Below the pieces are notes generated by a model. That model ran no database searches. It had not been told where the DNA came from and saw only the letters and a list, made by a program, of their open reading frames with translations. 64,000 bases of DNA from Spirochaetota bacterium. GTDB taxonomy: Bacteria; Spirochaetota; UBA4802; UBA5550. Each line of letters opens with the position of its first letter. Positions within the stretch are counted from its first letter, which is position 1. A program made the translations under genes and the position numbers. Shown here one piece after another: positions 20,224 to 29,742 of this stretch. The stretch is taken from contig JBNKTL010000008.1 of NCBI GenBank assembly GCA_050298055.1, positions 32,001-96,000 of the forward strand. Reading direction: 5' to 3'.

Positions 20224-20303
20224 AGTTGCAAGTTATTAGTTACAAGTTACACGTTACAGGTGCCTCTTTAACTTGGAACTTGTAACTTGAAACTCGAAAC
20301 TAA
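20224..20303. repeat. inverted arrays of 7-bp units
   Basis: agttgca-agttatt-agttaca-agttaca-cgttaca followed by taacttg-gaacttg-taacttg-aaactcg-aaactaa. Confidence 0.8.
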
Positions 20304-20326
20304 TAAATAGTATCCCGGAATAGCTG

Positions 20327-21061
20327 ATGAAGTTTTATAAAAAGAGATACCCCTGTATACTGCTCATTTTACTCATACTCACCGCGTATTATCCTCCTGT
20401 CACAATGGGTGAGAATAATGCCGGGGAGAGAGTTGTCATATCCTCGTTCACCACATCCGTTACTCACCAGAGCTTTGAGGTAAAACAGAACATTTCAATT
20501 GCCTGCGGCAGGCTTGACGGGACACTCCTTGCTCCCGGGAAGGTCTTTTCATTCAATGAAACAGTGGGTGAGGGTTCACCGGCAAACGGGTTCTCTTCGG
20601 GACAGGTCCTTTACATGGATGAAACCAGAATGGAACCGGGGGGCGGGCTCTGCCAGGTCTCGTCCACACTCTTTAATGCCCTTCTTGCGGCGGGATTCAG
20701 GGTGGTTGAACGGCACAGGCATTACCAGCCTGTTTCCTATGTTCCCCTGGGTCTGGACGCTACCATCAAATACGGGAAGAAGGACCTCAGGGTGCAAAAT
20801 CCCCACCACCAGACCATGCAGATTGTTACCTATATGAATGAGAAGAGCCTGGTCATCAAGATAACCGGTGACAGGAAGCTCAGGTACAGGTATCTCATCG
20901 ACACGGAAGAAGAGGACCTGGAGATACCCTTCTCTGAAAAGAGGGACATCATCAGGAACGGCCTGGTGGTCTATGTTTACCGGAAAAAATTCAGGGGAAA
21001 CAGGTTCATGGAGAGCTTCCTTATCCACAAGGACTTCTATCCCCCTGTTTACAGAAAATAA
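20327..21061 (+). CDS. VanW-family protein (exported)
   Basis: NISIACGRLDGTLLAPGKVFSFNETVG, GGGLCQVSSTLFNA, ERHRH, YVPLGLDATIKYG..DLR; N-terminal signal or TM segment. Confidence 0.9.
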   Translation: MKFYKKRYPCILLILLILTAYYPPVTMGENNAGERVVISSFTTSVTHQSFEVKQNISIACGRLDGTLLAPGKVFSFNETVGEGSPANGFSSGQVLYMDETRMEPGGGLCQVSSTLFNALLAAGFRVVERHRHYQPVSYVPLGLDATIKYGKKDLRVQNPHHQTMQIVTYMNEKSLVIKITGDRKLRYRYLIDTEEEDLEIPFSEKRDIIRNGLVVYVYRKKFRGNRFMESFLIHKDFYPPVYRK

Positions 21062-21063
21062 TT

Positions 21064-21711
21064 ATGAGAAAAAAAACCGGGACTATCATACTCCTTCTTT
21101 TTTTCCTGGCGGCACAGGGCAGACCGGTTACCGGTTCTTCTTATGCTGGACTTGAAAAGTGGGAGAAATATGCCGCATCTTCCGGTGCGGCCAGGATGCT
21201 CTCCTGGGCCAGAGAACTGGTGATGAAGGAACTGGACCGCAGTCTCACCACCCGGAAGAAAAGCAGAGAGAATGAATTTCCGGACAACTCTCCTCCTTTT
21301 TTCGGGAGGCTTGGTCTCTTTGTGACATTTGTCAAAGAGGGCCGTGTGCGGGGATGTTACGGCGCGTTTCAACACAGGAGTCATGACCTGAGGTCGGTAC
21401 TCACTTCTTACATCAGGGGGGCCCTGAGATATGATCCCCGGTACAGGCCCCTGGGAATTGAAGAAGCGGGGGACGCTGATATTATCATAACCATCGCTTC
21501 TCAGCCCCTCATGGTAAATGATCTCTACAGTGTGGATATATCACGATACGGAATTGTCTTTACCCTTGAAAACGGTGTAAGCCTGGTATTTGTACCATCA
21601 GAGATAAAGACCCACAATTACCTGGAGAGGAAACTTGGGAAAAGAAGGCCTTCAGGAATTTCTGCCTTCAGGGCAGTGACAATTAAAGCAAGCAGAGGAG
21701 ATGCCAGATGA
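21064..21711 (+). CDS. AMMECR1-domain protein with signal peptide
   Basis: GLFVTF...VRGCYG, ALRYDPRYRPL, YGIV, VFVPSE; N-terminal MRKKTGTIILLLFFLAA. Confidence 0.8.
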   Translation: MRKKTGTIILLLFFLAAQGRPVTGSSYAGLEKWEKYAASSGAARMLSWARELVMKELDRSLTTRKKSRENEFPDNSPPFFGRLGLFVTFVKEGRVRGCYGAFQHRSHDLRSVLTSYIRGALRYDPRYRPLGIEEAGDADIIITIASQPLMVNDLYSVDISRYGIVFTLENGVSLVFVPSEIKTHNYLERKLGKRRPSGISAFRAVTIKASRGDAR

Positions 21712-24700
21712 ACCGTACGATTTTCAGATTAGCGACAGTGACTCTTTTGGCGGCAGCAGTTTCATGCGCCTCCGTAACAATGAATAAGAGGGAGGGCGGT
21801 GCCCGGCTGTATAAAAAGAATAAGGGGGCATCCCTCAGTGAAGAGAAGAGTATAAAGGGAAAAATTATTAACAGCAAGAACAGGAAACCGGTCCCCGGCG
21901 CCCGGGTTGAGGTGAAGAATGCCAATATGGGTATCGGGTATTATCTCACAAAGAGTGATTCGGAGGGCAGCTTCAGGATCGATAATTTTATTCCGCAGCT
22001 CAGTTACATTGTAGAAGTTGAAGCTGAAGGTTATGTGAGCTACAGGTCAAGCGGGGGGATAAGTCCCGGTGAGCAGAAGATCTATCTTGATCCCGAATCG
22101 ATTATCAGGGGACAGGTCACCGACAGCGGAGGGAGGCCCCTGAAAGGCGTGGATGTAAAGATTAAAAAAGGATACAGCTACCGGTATTCCTCCTTCAAAC
22201 CTCTTATTACCAAAACAGACAGCACGGGAGCTTACAGCTTTAACAAGATCCCCGAGGGAAGGTATTATGTATTCTTTGAGAAGCCGGGCTACATCTCAGA
22301 ATCCGTGAGTCTGAAATATATCAGGAAGGGTGAAAGTTTCAGCCTTCCCATGAGACTCTACAGGCCCGCCGGCATAAGCGGGAAGATCGTTATCCAGGGA
22401 TTTGATGTCCCCGCAGTGGACGTAAACGTGACCGCCCGGGGAGCACGGAACCACTCCGCGTCCACCTTCCAGGACGGCACATTCCAGCTGGTTGACCTGA
22501 AGCCGGGAAAGTATAAACTGAGTGTGACCCACGAGGGGTTCTATACCATAAAAACTCCCGTTCTTTATATCCGTGAAGGATCGGAAAATAAAAACTACAA
22601 CTTTACGGTCAAGCCGAAACCTCCCGAAGTCAAGGTCTACTCCTACAGGTACACCTTTGCCCCGGGAAACAAGGTGAGCTTCAACCTCAGGACATTCAGG
22701 CTTGAAAACGTAAAGGCCACTGTTTACAGTGTTCCGGTGGAGACCTTTCTCAGGGGAAAATCAGACCCCGGTGATATCGACCCTGAAAAGGAAAAGTTCA
22801 GGGTCAAGACCGGGTGGGACGAACCCGTGAGGGACTTCAAACCCTACCAGTGGAGGTACCAGACCCTGGATGTGAAGGAGCCCCTGCCCACAGGGGGGTA
22901 CTGCATGGAAGTACGGGGTGCCGGCAGGGTCATAGACAGGAAGTTCTTTACCGTCACATCGGTGGGTGTGGTCTTTAAGAGGTCCCGCTACTCGGTCTAT
23001 TCTTATGTCACCAACCTGGTTACCAATAAGCCGGTTCCCGGGGCGGATGTTGTTGTTTTTGATTCAACACCGGTGAAAAAGAGGTACAGGTATACAAGTT
23101 ATACTTACAAGGCCCCCAAGAGGATCGAAGAGCTCCCGGTAAGGATCGTGGGGAGGGGCAAAACCGATGAATCGGGGATATTCAACCGGAAACTTACCAC
23201 GGACAAGCACCTGTCGGTCCTTGCCATCAGCGGCGACGGCAGCTACGCCCTGACCAGTACCGGTTCCCCTGCCGCCTTTCAGAGGGAGAGGATCAAGTAC
23301 ATGGTCTATACGGAACGGCCGGTCTACAGGTCGGGGGACACTGTCTACTACAAGATCATCGGCAAGAAGAGGAACAGGAAGTTCACCCCGCTCTCGGGAA
23401 ACAGGCTTTATTACCAGATCAGGAACCAGGACAACGGCAAGGAGCTTGATAAGGGAAGTGTGAAGCTCGATGACTGGGGGACCGCGCATGATAAGATAGA
23501 GATCAAACAGAGATACGGCCTCGGTGTATACGAGATAAGGGTGGGTCCCTCCCTGAAGAACCTCTACGCCTCGGGGCACTTTTATGTTGAGGAATACAGG
23601 AAGCCGGAGTTTAAAATTGATATTAAGCCTTCAAATTCCTACTATATAAACGGTGATACCGTGGAGTTCAAGGTTGAGGCCAAGTATTTTTTCGGCGCGC
23701 CGCTGAAGAACGGCCTGGTGAGATACAGGTTCTATGAAACGAGACTGAGGGACACCGATACGGTCTACTGGTGGGAGGAGGATTCGCCCTCTCAATCATA
23801 CAGCAGGCTGAAGCTGGAGGGTGAGCGGTATCTTGACAACAACGGGGTCATGGCGCTCCGGGTCCATTCCGGTAACGTGCCCTATGACAGGGAAATCACC
23901 CTGGAGGCAACCATAACCGACCAGTCAAATATCAGCATTACCTCCCGGGGAAAGGTCCGTGTGGGAAGGGGAGAGTTCTATATCAAGATCAACCCGAAGC
24001 AGAACTTCTTTGCCAGCAACGAGAAGAAGAAGGAGATAGAGATACGGACTCTCTCCCAGGACGGGAAACCTGTTCCCGCGCGGCTTGACCTGAAACTCTT
24101 CAGGTATATCTGGAAACCCTACCAGCGGATCTATGTCCATGAGAGGAGGCCCTACCTGACCCGGACCATCAGTACCGATACCGCCGGAAAGACGGTTGTG
24201 AGGTTCCCGGAGAACTTCATGTCCTACGGAGAGTTCGATATTGTTGTTTCCGGGACTGACAGGAGAAACAACCTGGTCACCGCGTCCCGGGTGGTGTGGA
24301 TCTACAACTACAGGGGAGGCAGCGTGGCTTCCCGGTTCAAGAACCTTGAACTCTCCGTAAACAGGAAGAGTCTTCAGAAAGCGGGGGAGCTGACCTGTCT
24401 TTTAAAATCCAAGTACCCTGACGGCTATGTTCTCATCACCCTTGAAGGGAAGGACATCTACTGGACAAAGGTTGTAAAGCTCAAGGGGAACATCACACCG
24501 GTAAAGATCCCCGTTAAGGAAGATTATGCCCCCAACTTTTACCTCACCGCGGCCATGCAGAGGAAAAGGGCCCTCTATACACGGACCGTGGGAATATCCA
24601 TTCCCCAGCAGGACACGGGCCTCAGGATTACCATGAAACCGGGAAAGGAGAAATATCTTCCCGGTGAAAAGGCCCGTGTGAATATAAAGGTGACCGATGA

Positions 24701-27077
24701 GAGGAACAGGCCCCTGGAGGCCGACCTCTCCCTGGGGGCGGTGGATGAGTCCATCTACTACGTGAGGCCGGACCATACGCCGAGGATGAAGGACTTCTTC
24801 TACGCGAAAATATCCAACTGGGTCCTCACCGGTTACTCCTATCCCATTACCGTCCTTGCGGGTGCCGCCAAGGAGGGGAAGGTCAAGGTCAGGGAGAAAT
24901 TCGAGGACACGGCCTTCTGGAAAGCGGACATTCGGACAGACAGGTCGGGGAGGGCGCGGGTAGACTTTACCCTTCCCGATAACCTTACAACCTGGAGGCT
25001 CACTGCCCGGGGACATGATAAGAGAGGACGTGTGGGCGAGAAGAAAAGGAAGTTCCTGGTAACACAGGACCTTATCGCGCGTATAGGGAAACCGAGGTTC
25101 ATGATAGAGAAGGACGATCTTTCATTGATCAGCATCGTCACCAGCAATACCAAAAGGGGTCTGCCCGGGATAGATATCGATCTCAGGGTTGACGGGAAGA
25201 CGGTACCCCCTGCCGACAGGGGGAAGATCAGCCTCCCCGGATTCGGCTCCGCGAGAAAGTACCATAAGGTCACTGTCCCGGAAAAGAGGGATGAAAGTGT
25301 CGTTCAGCTCACGGCCAGGGGTGATGCCCGGGCAAAGGACGCCCTGAAGATAAAGATCCCCGTGGAAAAGAGGGGGGCCGCTTACAAGCTCTTCGGGCTG
25401 GGGGATTTCACCGCCAACAGGAAGATAGAGCTTGAAGCAATGAAGAAGAGCAATGACTTTACCTTTGTTCCCGAGAGGGTCACCCTCTCCCTCAATCCTT
25501 CGCCCCTTCAGAAGATGCTTAAGGCCACAAAGTTCCTGGTTGAGTATCCCTACGGCTGTGTTGAACAGACCATAAACAGGTTCATTCCCCTTCTCGCTGT
25601 GAACAGGCTGATCCGTGACAGCAGGTATTCGGGGCTTGTGAGCAATATCAGCAGCGGGAAACTGGACAGCATGGTGCGCGCGGGGATATCACGGCTCCAG
25701 GTTGCGCAGAACTCAGACGGCAGCTGGGGCTGGTGGGGAGGTGACAGGGGCAACGAGTTTATCACCGGCTATGTCCTCTATTCCCTGAAACTGGCAAAGG
25801 ACTTCGGGTATGATGTGAGTAATGATACTGTCAAGAGAGGGACAGGGGCCGTGGGCAGGATGCTGCGTTCGGGGAACCGGATGAGTAACGACGCCAGGGC
25901 TTTTCTCCTCTCTGTCTACTCCCTCTGGGGGTACTGGAACGCGGATGCCTACCTGAGGCTTATGGGCACGAAAAGGTCCGTCTATTCCACTGCTTTCCTC
26001 CTCAGGTCTGTTGCAACGGTAAAGGGAGACCTGTTTAAAAGAAAATCGGCGGTTGCGGGAAGCAGGGAGTCTGTTCTCAAAAAGCTTGCCGGGGAGATAA
26101 AGGAGAAGAGGAAAATGGATTCCCGGGGAATATACTGGCAGGGGAGAAGGGAACAGAGATGGGGCTGGCCGGGAAGCAGGACCGAGATATCCGCCCATGT
26201 GCTTGCCGCCCTGGTTGAGGCCGGCGACAGGTCCCCGGTAAGCTCTCAAATCGTCAGTTCTCTCTCAAAAAGGTCCCGGGGGAGCTACTGGAGGACAACC
26301 AAGGAGACGGCAACGGTTATCCTTGCCCTCTATGACTATATGAAGAAGAGGAAGGGGAGTGTGGGCGGACCGGCGGATGTAAAGTTCAGCGTTAACGGAA
26401 AACCGGCGGCCGAACTGAAATATGATCCCGAAACAAAAACCCGTCCCGGCGATCTCATCAAAACCGTAAAACTCTCCGGCAGCGGGGAAAAGGGAAAGGT
26501 GGTGGTTAACGCCGCCGGTAAAGCGGGAAGTGACGCCAGCTACGACGTGACGGTCTCCGGGACCCTTTACTTTAATCCCTCGGGGTTTCTCTCTTTCTTT
26601 AAGTCCGAAAAGAAGGGACTGGACCTTCTCTCCAACGGGATCAAACTCTTCAGGAGTTTCGAGGGGATCACCCGGGTCAAAGACATGAGGAGAAACGAGT
26701 ACCTTGTCCCGGGCAGGCTCTCGTCATCAAAGGAGATAAAGGTGGGCGACCAGCTCCTGGTAAAGGTGAGGTTCCGGGCCGCCGATGACTTTGAATATCT
26801 TGTGCTTGAAGACTATCTGCCCTCTGGATTTGAAGTCATAAAAAAGGACGCCTATAACAACTACCAGCCCTATGTCCGCTCCGAGAGGTGGGACAACAGG
26901 ATGGTCTATTTCTTTAACAATGTATCAAAGGGGAAGGTCTATGAGATCGCCTATATTATCAGGGCGGAGCTTCCCGGCAGGTTCATGGTCAGGCCCGCCA
27001 GGATGGAGTGCATGTATGATCCCGAGATACAGGGCTGGTCATCACCGACGATTATTGAAGTAAAAAAGAAAAAATGA
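21708..27077 (+). CDS. bacterial alpha-2-macroglobulin (thioester type) lipoprotein with N-terminal carboxypeptidase-regulatory-like beta domains
   Basis: Lipobox AVSC, YTERPVYRSGD, EEYRKPEF, VREKFEDTAFW, LPDNLTTWRLTA, YPYGCVEQ thioester motif, QNSDGSWGWW, LEDYLPSGFE. Confidence 0.92.
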   Translation: MNRTIFRLATVTLLAAAVSCASVTMNKREGGARLYKKNKGASLSEEKSIKGKIINSKNRKPVPGARVEVKNANMGIGYYLTKSDSEGSFRIDNFIPQLSYIVEVEAEGYVSYRSSGGISPGEQKIYLDPESIIRGQVTDSGGRPLKGVDVKIKKGYSYRYSSFKPLITKTDSTGAYSFNKIPEGRYYVFFEKPGYISESVSLKYIRKGESFSLPMRLYRPAGISGKIVIQGFDVPAVDVNVTARGARNHSASTFQDGTFQLVDLKPGKYKLSVTHEGFYTIKTPVLYIREGSENKNYNFTVKPKPPEVKVYSYRYTFAPGNKVSFNLRTFRLENVKATVYSVPVETFLRGKSDPGDIDPEKEKFRVKTGWDEPVRDFKPYQWRYQTLDVKEPLPTGGYCMEVRGAGRVIDRKFFTVTSVGVVFKRSRYSVYSYVTNLVTNKPVPGADVVVFDSTPVKKRYRYTSYTYKAPKRIEELPVRIVGRGKTDESGIFNRKLTTDKHLSVLAISGDGSYALTSTGSPAAFQRERIKYMVYTERPVYRSGDTVYYKIIGKKRNRKFTPLSGNRLYYQIRNQDNGKELDKGSVKLDDWGTAHDKIEIKQRYGLGVYEIRVGPSLKNLYASGHFYVEEYRKPEFKIDIKPSNSYYINGDTVEFKVEAKYFFGAPLKNGLVRYRFYETRLRDTDTVYWWEEDSPSQSYSRLKLEGERYLDNNGVMALRVHSGNVPYDREITLEATITDQSNISITSRGKVRVGRGEFYIKINPKQNFFASNEKKKEIEIRTLSQDGKPVPARLDLKLFRYIWKPYQRIYVHERRPYLTRTISTDTAGKTVVRFPENFMSYGEFDIVVSGTDRRNNLVTASRVVWIYNYRGGSVASRFKNLELSVNRKSLQKAGELTCLLKSKYPDGYVLITLEGKDIYWTKVVKLKGNITPVKIPVKEDYAPNFYLTAAMQRKRALYTRTVGISIPQQDTGLRITMKPGKEKYLPGEKARVNIKVTDERNRPLEADLSLGAVDESIYYVRPDHTPRMKDFFYAKISNWVLTGYSYPITVLAGAAKEGKVKVREKFEDTAFWKADIRTDRSGRARVDFTLPDNLTTWRLTARGHDKRGRVGEKKRKFLVTQDLIARIGKPRFMIEKDDLSLISIVTSNTKRGLPGIDIDLRVDGKTVPPADRGKISLPGFGSARKYHKVTVPEKRDESVVQLTARGDARAKDALKIKIPVEKRGAAYKLFGLGDFTANRKIELEAMKKSNDFTFVPERVTLSLNPSPLQKMLKATKFLVEYPYGCVEQTINRFIPLLAVNRLIRDSRYSGLVSNISSGKLDSMVRAGISRLQVAQNSDGSWGWWGGDRGNEFITGYVLYSLKLAKDFGYDVSNDTVKRGTGAVGRMLRSGNRMSNDARAFLLSVYSLWGYWNADAYLRLMGTKRSVYSTAFLLRSVATVKGDLFKRKSAVAGSRESVLKKLAGEIKEKRKMDSRGIYWQGRREQRWGWPGSRTEISAHVLAALVEAGDRSPVSSQIVSSLSKRSRGSYWRTTKETATVILALYDYMKKRKGSVGGPADVKFSVNGKPAAELKYDPETKTRPGDLIKTVKLSGSGEKGKVVVNAAGKAGSDASYDVTVSGTLYFNPSGFLSFFKSEKKGLDLLSNGIKLFRSFEGITRVKDMRRNEYLVPGRLSSSKEIKVGDQLLVKVRFRAADDFEYLVLEDYLPSGFEVIKKDAYNNYQPYVRSERWDNRMVYFFNNVSKGKVYEIAYIIRAELPGRFMVRPARMECMYDPEIQGWSSPTIIEVKKKK

Positions 27078-27092
27078 GTGATTGCCACAGAG

Positions 27093-27287
27093 GCTCATCT
27101 CGATACGATCCTGCTCATCGAGTAGCCAGGAAATGGCATGTCGAAATGCAGGATCACTCGATGAGCATCTTATGTTCCCCGAGTGATTTGCCGCTTTATT
27201 AATACAGTGCTTTATGCTCTTTATAAGGAGCGGCAAATTGTATCGAGGGGAACAGATCATTACGTCACTTCGTTCCTCATGATGACA
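27093..27287. repeat. composite REP-like palindromes (two CTCGATAC-stem-CACTCG units in opposite orientation plus a short hairpin)
   Basis: ctcgatac-gatcctgc...gcaggat-cactcg and cgagtg-atttgccgct...agcggcaaatt-gtatcgag. Confidence 0.65.
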
Positions 27288-27360
27288 GTTTCTTTAATTC
27301 GGAACTATCTATAGCCGCATTTATCTGCGGTAAAATTTATTTTTATGAAATAAATTGTTT

Positions 27361-29433
27361 ATGAAAAAAACAGTTCTTATTCTTCTTCTCTTTCTTATCT
27401 CCGGGGGGGGAGCTCCCGGGAATGACGAATATTCAGCTCATTTCCCGGGACACCAGAGATCGGTAAAGATCGGCATTCTCTCGAAACAGCTGAGGCTTAT
27501 CAGGGAGAAGGGAGGGGGGATCCTGATATTTACCGCAAAGAACCCCCTTACTCTCTATGAACTTTCCACCGGGACCCTCTCTGAAACCGAATCTATAAAA
27601 CTGGCCTATGAACAGGGCTCCTGGAGGTTATGGGCGGGAGATATGCAGCCTGCCGGAAAGTTCAGCCTCCTGGTAAAAAAAACAGAAATGTCCGGTTCTC
27701 TGAAAGTGAAGATCGGCAACGAACTGAGGCGCTACCCTCTCCCCCTCACCATTACCCGGGGGGGAAAAGACCCCCTGGTAACCGTTACGGAAGAGATCAG
27801 CCGTTACTCCCTGGATTCCGCCCTGGCAGAGTATGGTGCCAGGTCTCCCCTCGAGTATGAAGCGGTGGATGCCCTGGCCCGGATCATTGAAGCCAGGGGC
27901 CTTATGGGCCTGAAAAATCCCCGCCATAAAGGGTATCACTTCTGCGACCTGACCCACTGCCAGGTCTACAGGGGCAGGAAGGGAAAAAAGGGACCCGCGC
28001 CGCCTCCCTTTTACGGCAGATGGCGGATTGACCTGAAGGGGCTGAAAAACCCTCTCCTCTTTCATTCATCCTGCGGGGGCAGGACCTTCGGACCGGAACT
28101 CTTCGCGTCGGAGCCCCCATACATGTACAGGGGGGTAAAGGACTTTCTCTACAGGGAAAACCTTCTGCTCTGCCGAAACGGCAATTCATACTGGGAGAGG
28201 ATTCTTCCCAGGGATGAAATCTTCCATATCCTGAAGCTTAAGGGCTGCTCTCCGGGAAGGGCCGGGAATTTCCTTGAATACGGGAGGAAAAAACTGCAGG
28301 TGAAGGTCCGCTGCGGGGAGAGGGAAGTGAATTATCCCCCGGAAAACTTCAGGATAAGGATCAACAGGGTGAAGGGGTGGAGCTTTATCAGGAGCAATAA
28401 CTATACGGTGCAGAGAGGAAAGGGTCAGGGAGAACTCCTCCTCAGAGGTTACGGGCTGGGGCACGGTTCCGGTTTCTGCCAGACGGGGGCCCTGGAGCTT
28501 TCCCGGAGGGGATATTCCGCGTCTGAGATTATCCGGCACTACTATCCTGATATTAATCTTGTTTCCCTTACCGGGGAAGATGACAGGTCCTCTGACATCT
28601 CGTACGCCCTCTTCGACCTCTCCACGGGGAGGATACGGGTATCAACCTCACCGTCACTGGTAAAGAGGAGGTTCCCTCCCGGTTCCCTCTGGAAGCTTGT
28701 GACCTCCCTCTACCTTGCCGGGGAGAGGCAGGACCTCCTGAGGGACTACCGGTATACCTGTACCGGGAGCGGGGGAGACGATCCCCGGCTTCCCGAAAGG
28801 TGCTGGAAGAGGGAAGGCCACGGGAACCTGGATTTCCGGGCGGCCCTTTCAGGTTCCTGTAATCTCTATTTCGCGTCCCTCTCCCGTGTCATCGATTTCA
28901 GGCGGTACAGGGAATTTGTTGAAAGACTTTTAAGGGACCTTGGAATAGCCGCTGAGATTCCCGGGATAAAAACAAAGAAAGATGAGGCACAATTCCTGGC
29001 GGGCCTCGATTTCAGGATAAGTCTCGGGATAAAAGACCTCATAAAGATCGTTGCCCTTTTTCAGCCTGTTGAGAGTAATAATAAACGTGTAAGGAAGGTC
29101 CGGAACTCTCTTCCCCTCCCGGCCAGGGACTCAATACTGGAAGCCCTTCACGGGACTTTCATCCACGGCACTGCGGCATTTCACCGGGAAAGGGAGAAAC
29201 CCGGTCTGCTGAAAAAACAGCTCATCTTCAGCGGGAAGAACGCTGAATTATTGAAGAAAAAGAGTGACGGTATCTGGGGCAAGACATCAACGGTCATCGA
29301 CGGTACCAACAGGCCCGTAAGTTACGGGATTTTCCTGGGAGCATCTGAAAATACCGGTATCATCCTCTTTTTAAAAAACGGCAACGGGCATAACGCGGCA
29401 AAATGGGGAAAGGTCATTCTCCTTGATAAATGA
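27361..29433 (+). CDS. SpoIID/LytB-domain and penicillin-binding transpeptidase-like fusion protein
   Basis: HFCDLTHCQVY, FHSSCGGRT, GYGLGHGSGFCQTGA, IIRHYYP (SpoIID); PPGSLWK (SxxK), SCN (SxN), GKTST (KTG-like). Confidence 0.85.
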   Translation: MKKTVLILLLFLISGGGAPGNDEYSAHFPGHQRSVKIGILSKQLRLIREKGGGILIFTAKNPLTLYELSTGTLSETESIKLAYEQGSWRLWAGDMQPAGKFSLLVKKTEMSGSLKVKIGNELRRYPLPLTITRGGKDPLVTVTEEISRYSLDSALAEYGARSPLEYEAVDALARIIEARGLMGLKNPRHKGYHFCDLTHCQVYRGRKGKKGPAPPPFYGRWRIDLKGLKNPLLFHSSCGGRTFGPELFASEPPYMYRGVKDFLYRENLLLCRNGNSYWERILPRDEIFHILKLKGCSPGRAGNFLEYGRKKLQVKVRCGEREVNYPPENFRIRINRVKGWSFIRSNNYTVQRGKGQGELLLRGYGLGHGSGFCQTGALELSRRGYSASEIIRHYYPDINLVSLTGEDDRSSDISYALFDLSTGRIRVSTSPSLVKRRFPPGSLWKLVTSLYLAGERQDLLRDYRYTCTGSGGDDPRLPERCWKREGHGNLDFRAALSGSCNLYFASLSRVIDFRRYREFVERLLRDLGIAAEIPGIKTKKDEAQFLAGLDFRISLGIKDLIKIVALFQPVESNNKRVRKVRNSLPLPARDSILEALHGTFIHGTAAFHREREKPGLLKKQLIFSGKNAELLKKKSDGIWGKTSTVIDGTNRPVSYGIFLGASENTGIILFLKNGNGHNAAKWGKVILLDK

Positions 29434-29454
29434 CCCGGTGTTTATATGTACACA

Positions 29455-29580
29455 TAACTGAAGAGAGTTTCCGGTAATATATGAATTATAACCAGGAATA
29501 ACAACAATGTGTTCCCGCCGCCGAAGGCGGCGGGAACACATCAGTTCTGTTTTTTAATAGAGAATATTATTAGTGAGTAA
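29455..29580. repeat. fold-back repeat family 1, copy C
   Basis: atgtgttcccgccgcc-gaa-ggcggcgggaacacat (29507-29541) with compensatory stem changes; flanks homologous to copy E. Confidence 0.8.
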
Positions 29581-29600
29581 TTTTTATAAAAATTTTTGTA

Positions 29601-29629
29601 TTGACGTATTATTGAAAAATGCTTATATT
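29601..29629 (+). promoter_or_regulatory. sigma70-like promoter
   Basis: TTGACG-17 bp-TATATT upstream of the FG-GAP lipoprotein gene. Confidence 0.5.
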
Positions 29630-29742
29630 TATAATCATACAACAACAGATAACAAACATATATGAAAAGATCACTCCGTGCCTTGGCGGCAGGGAGATAT
29701 CAATGGTGTTTTGATAGATTCTGAAATGAGAAGGGGGATGAG

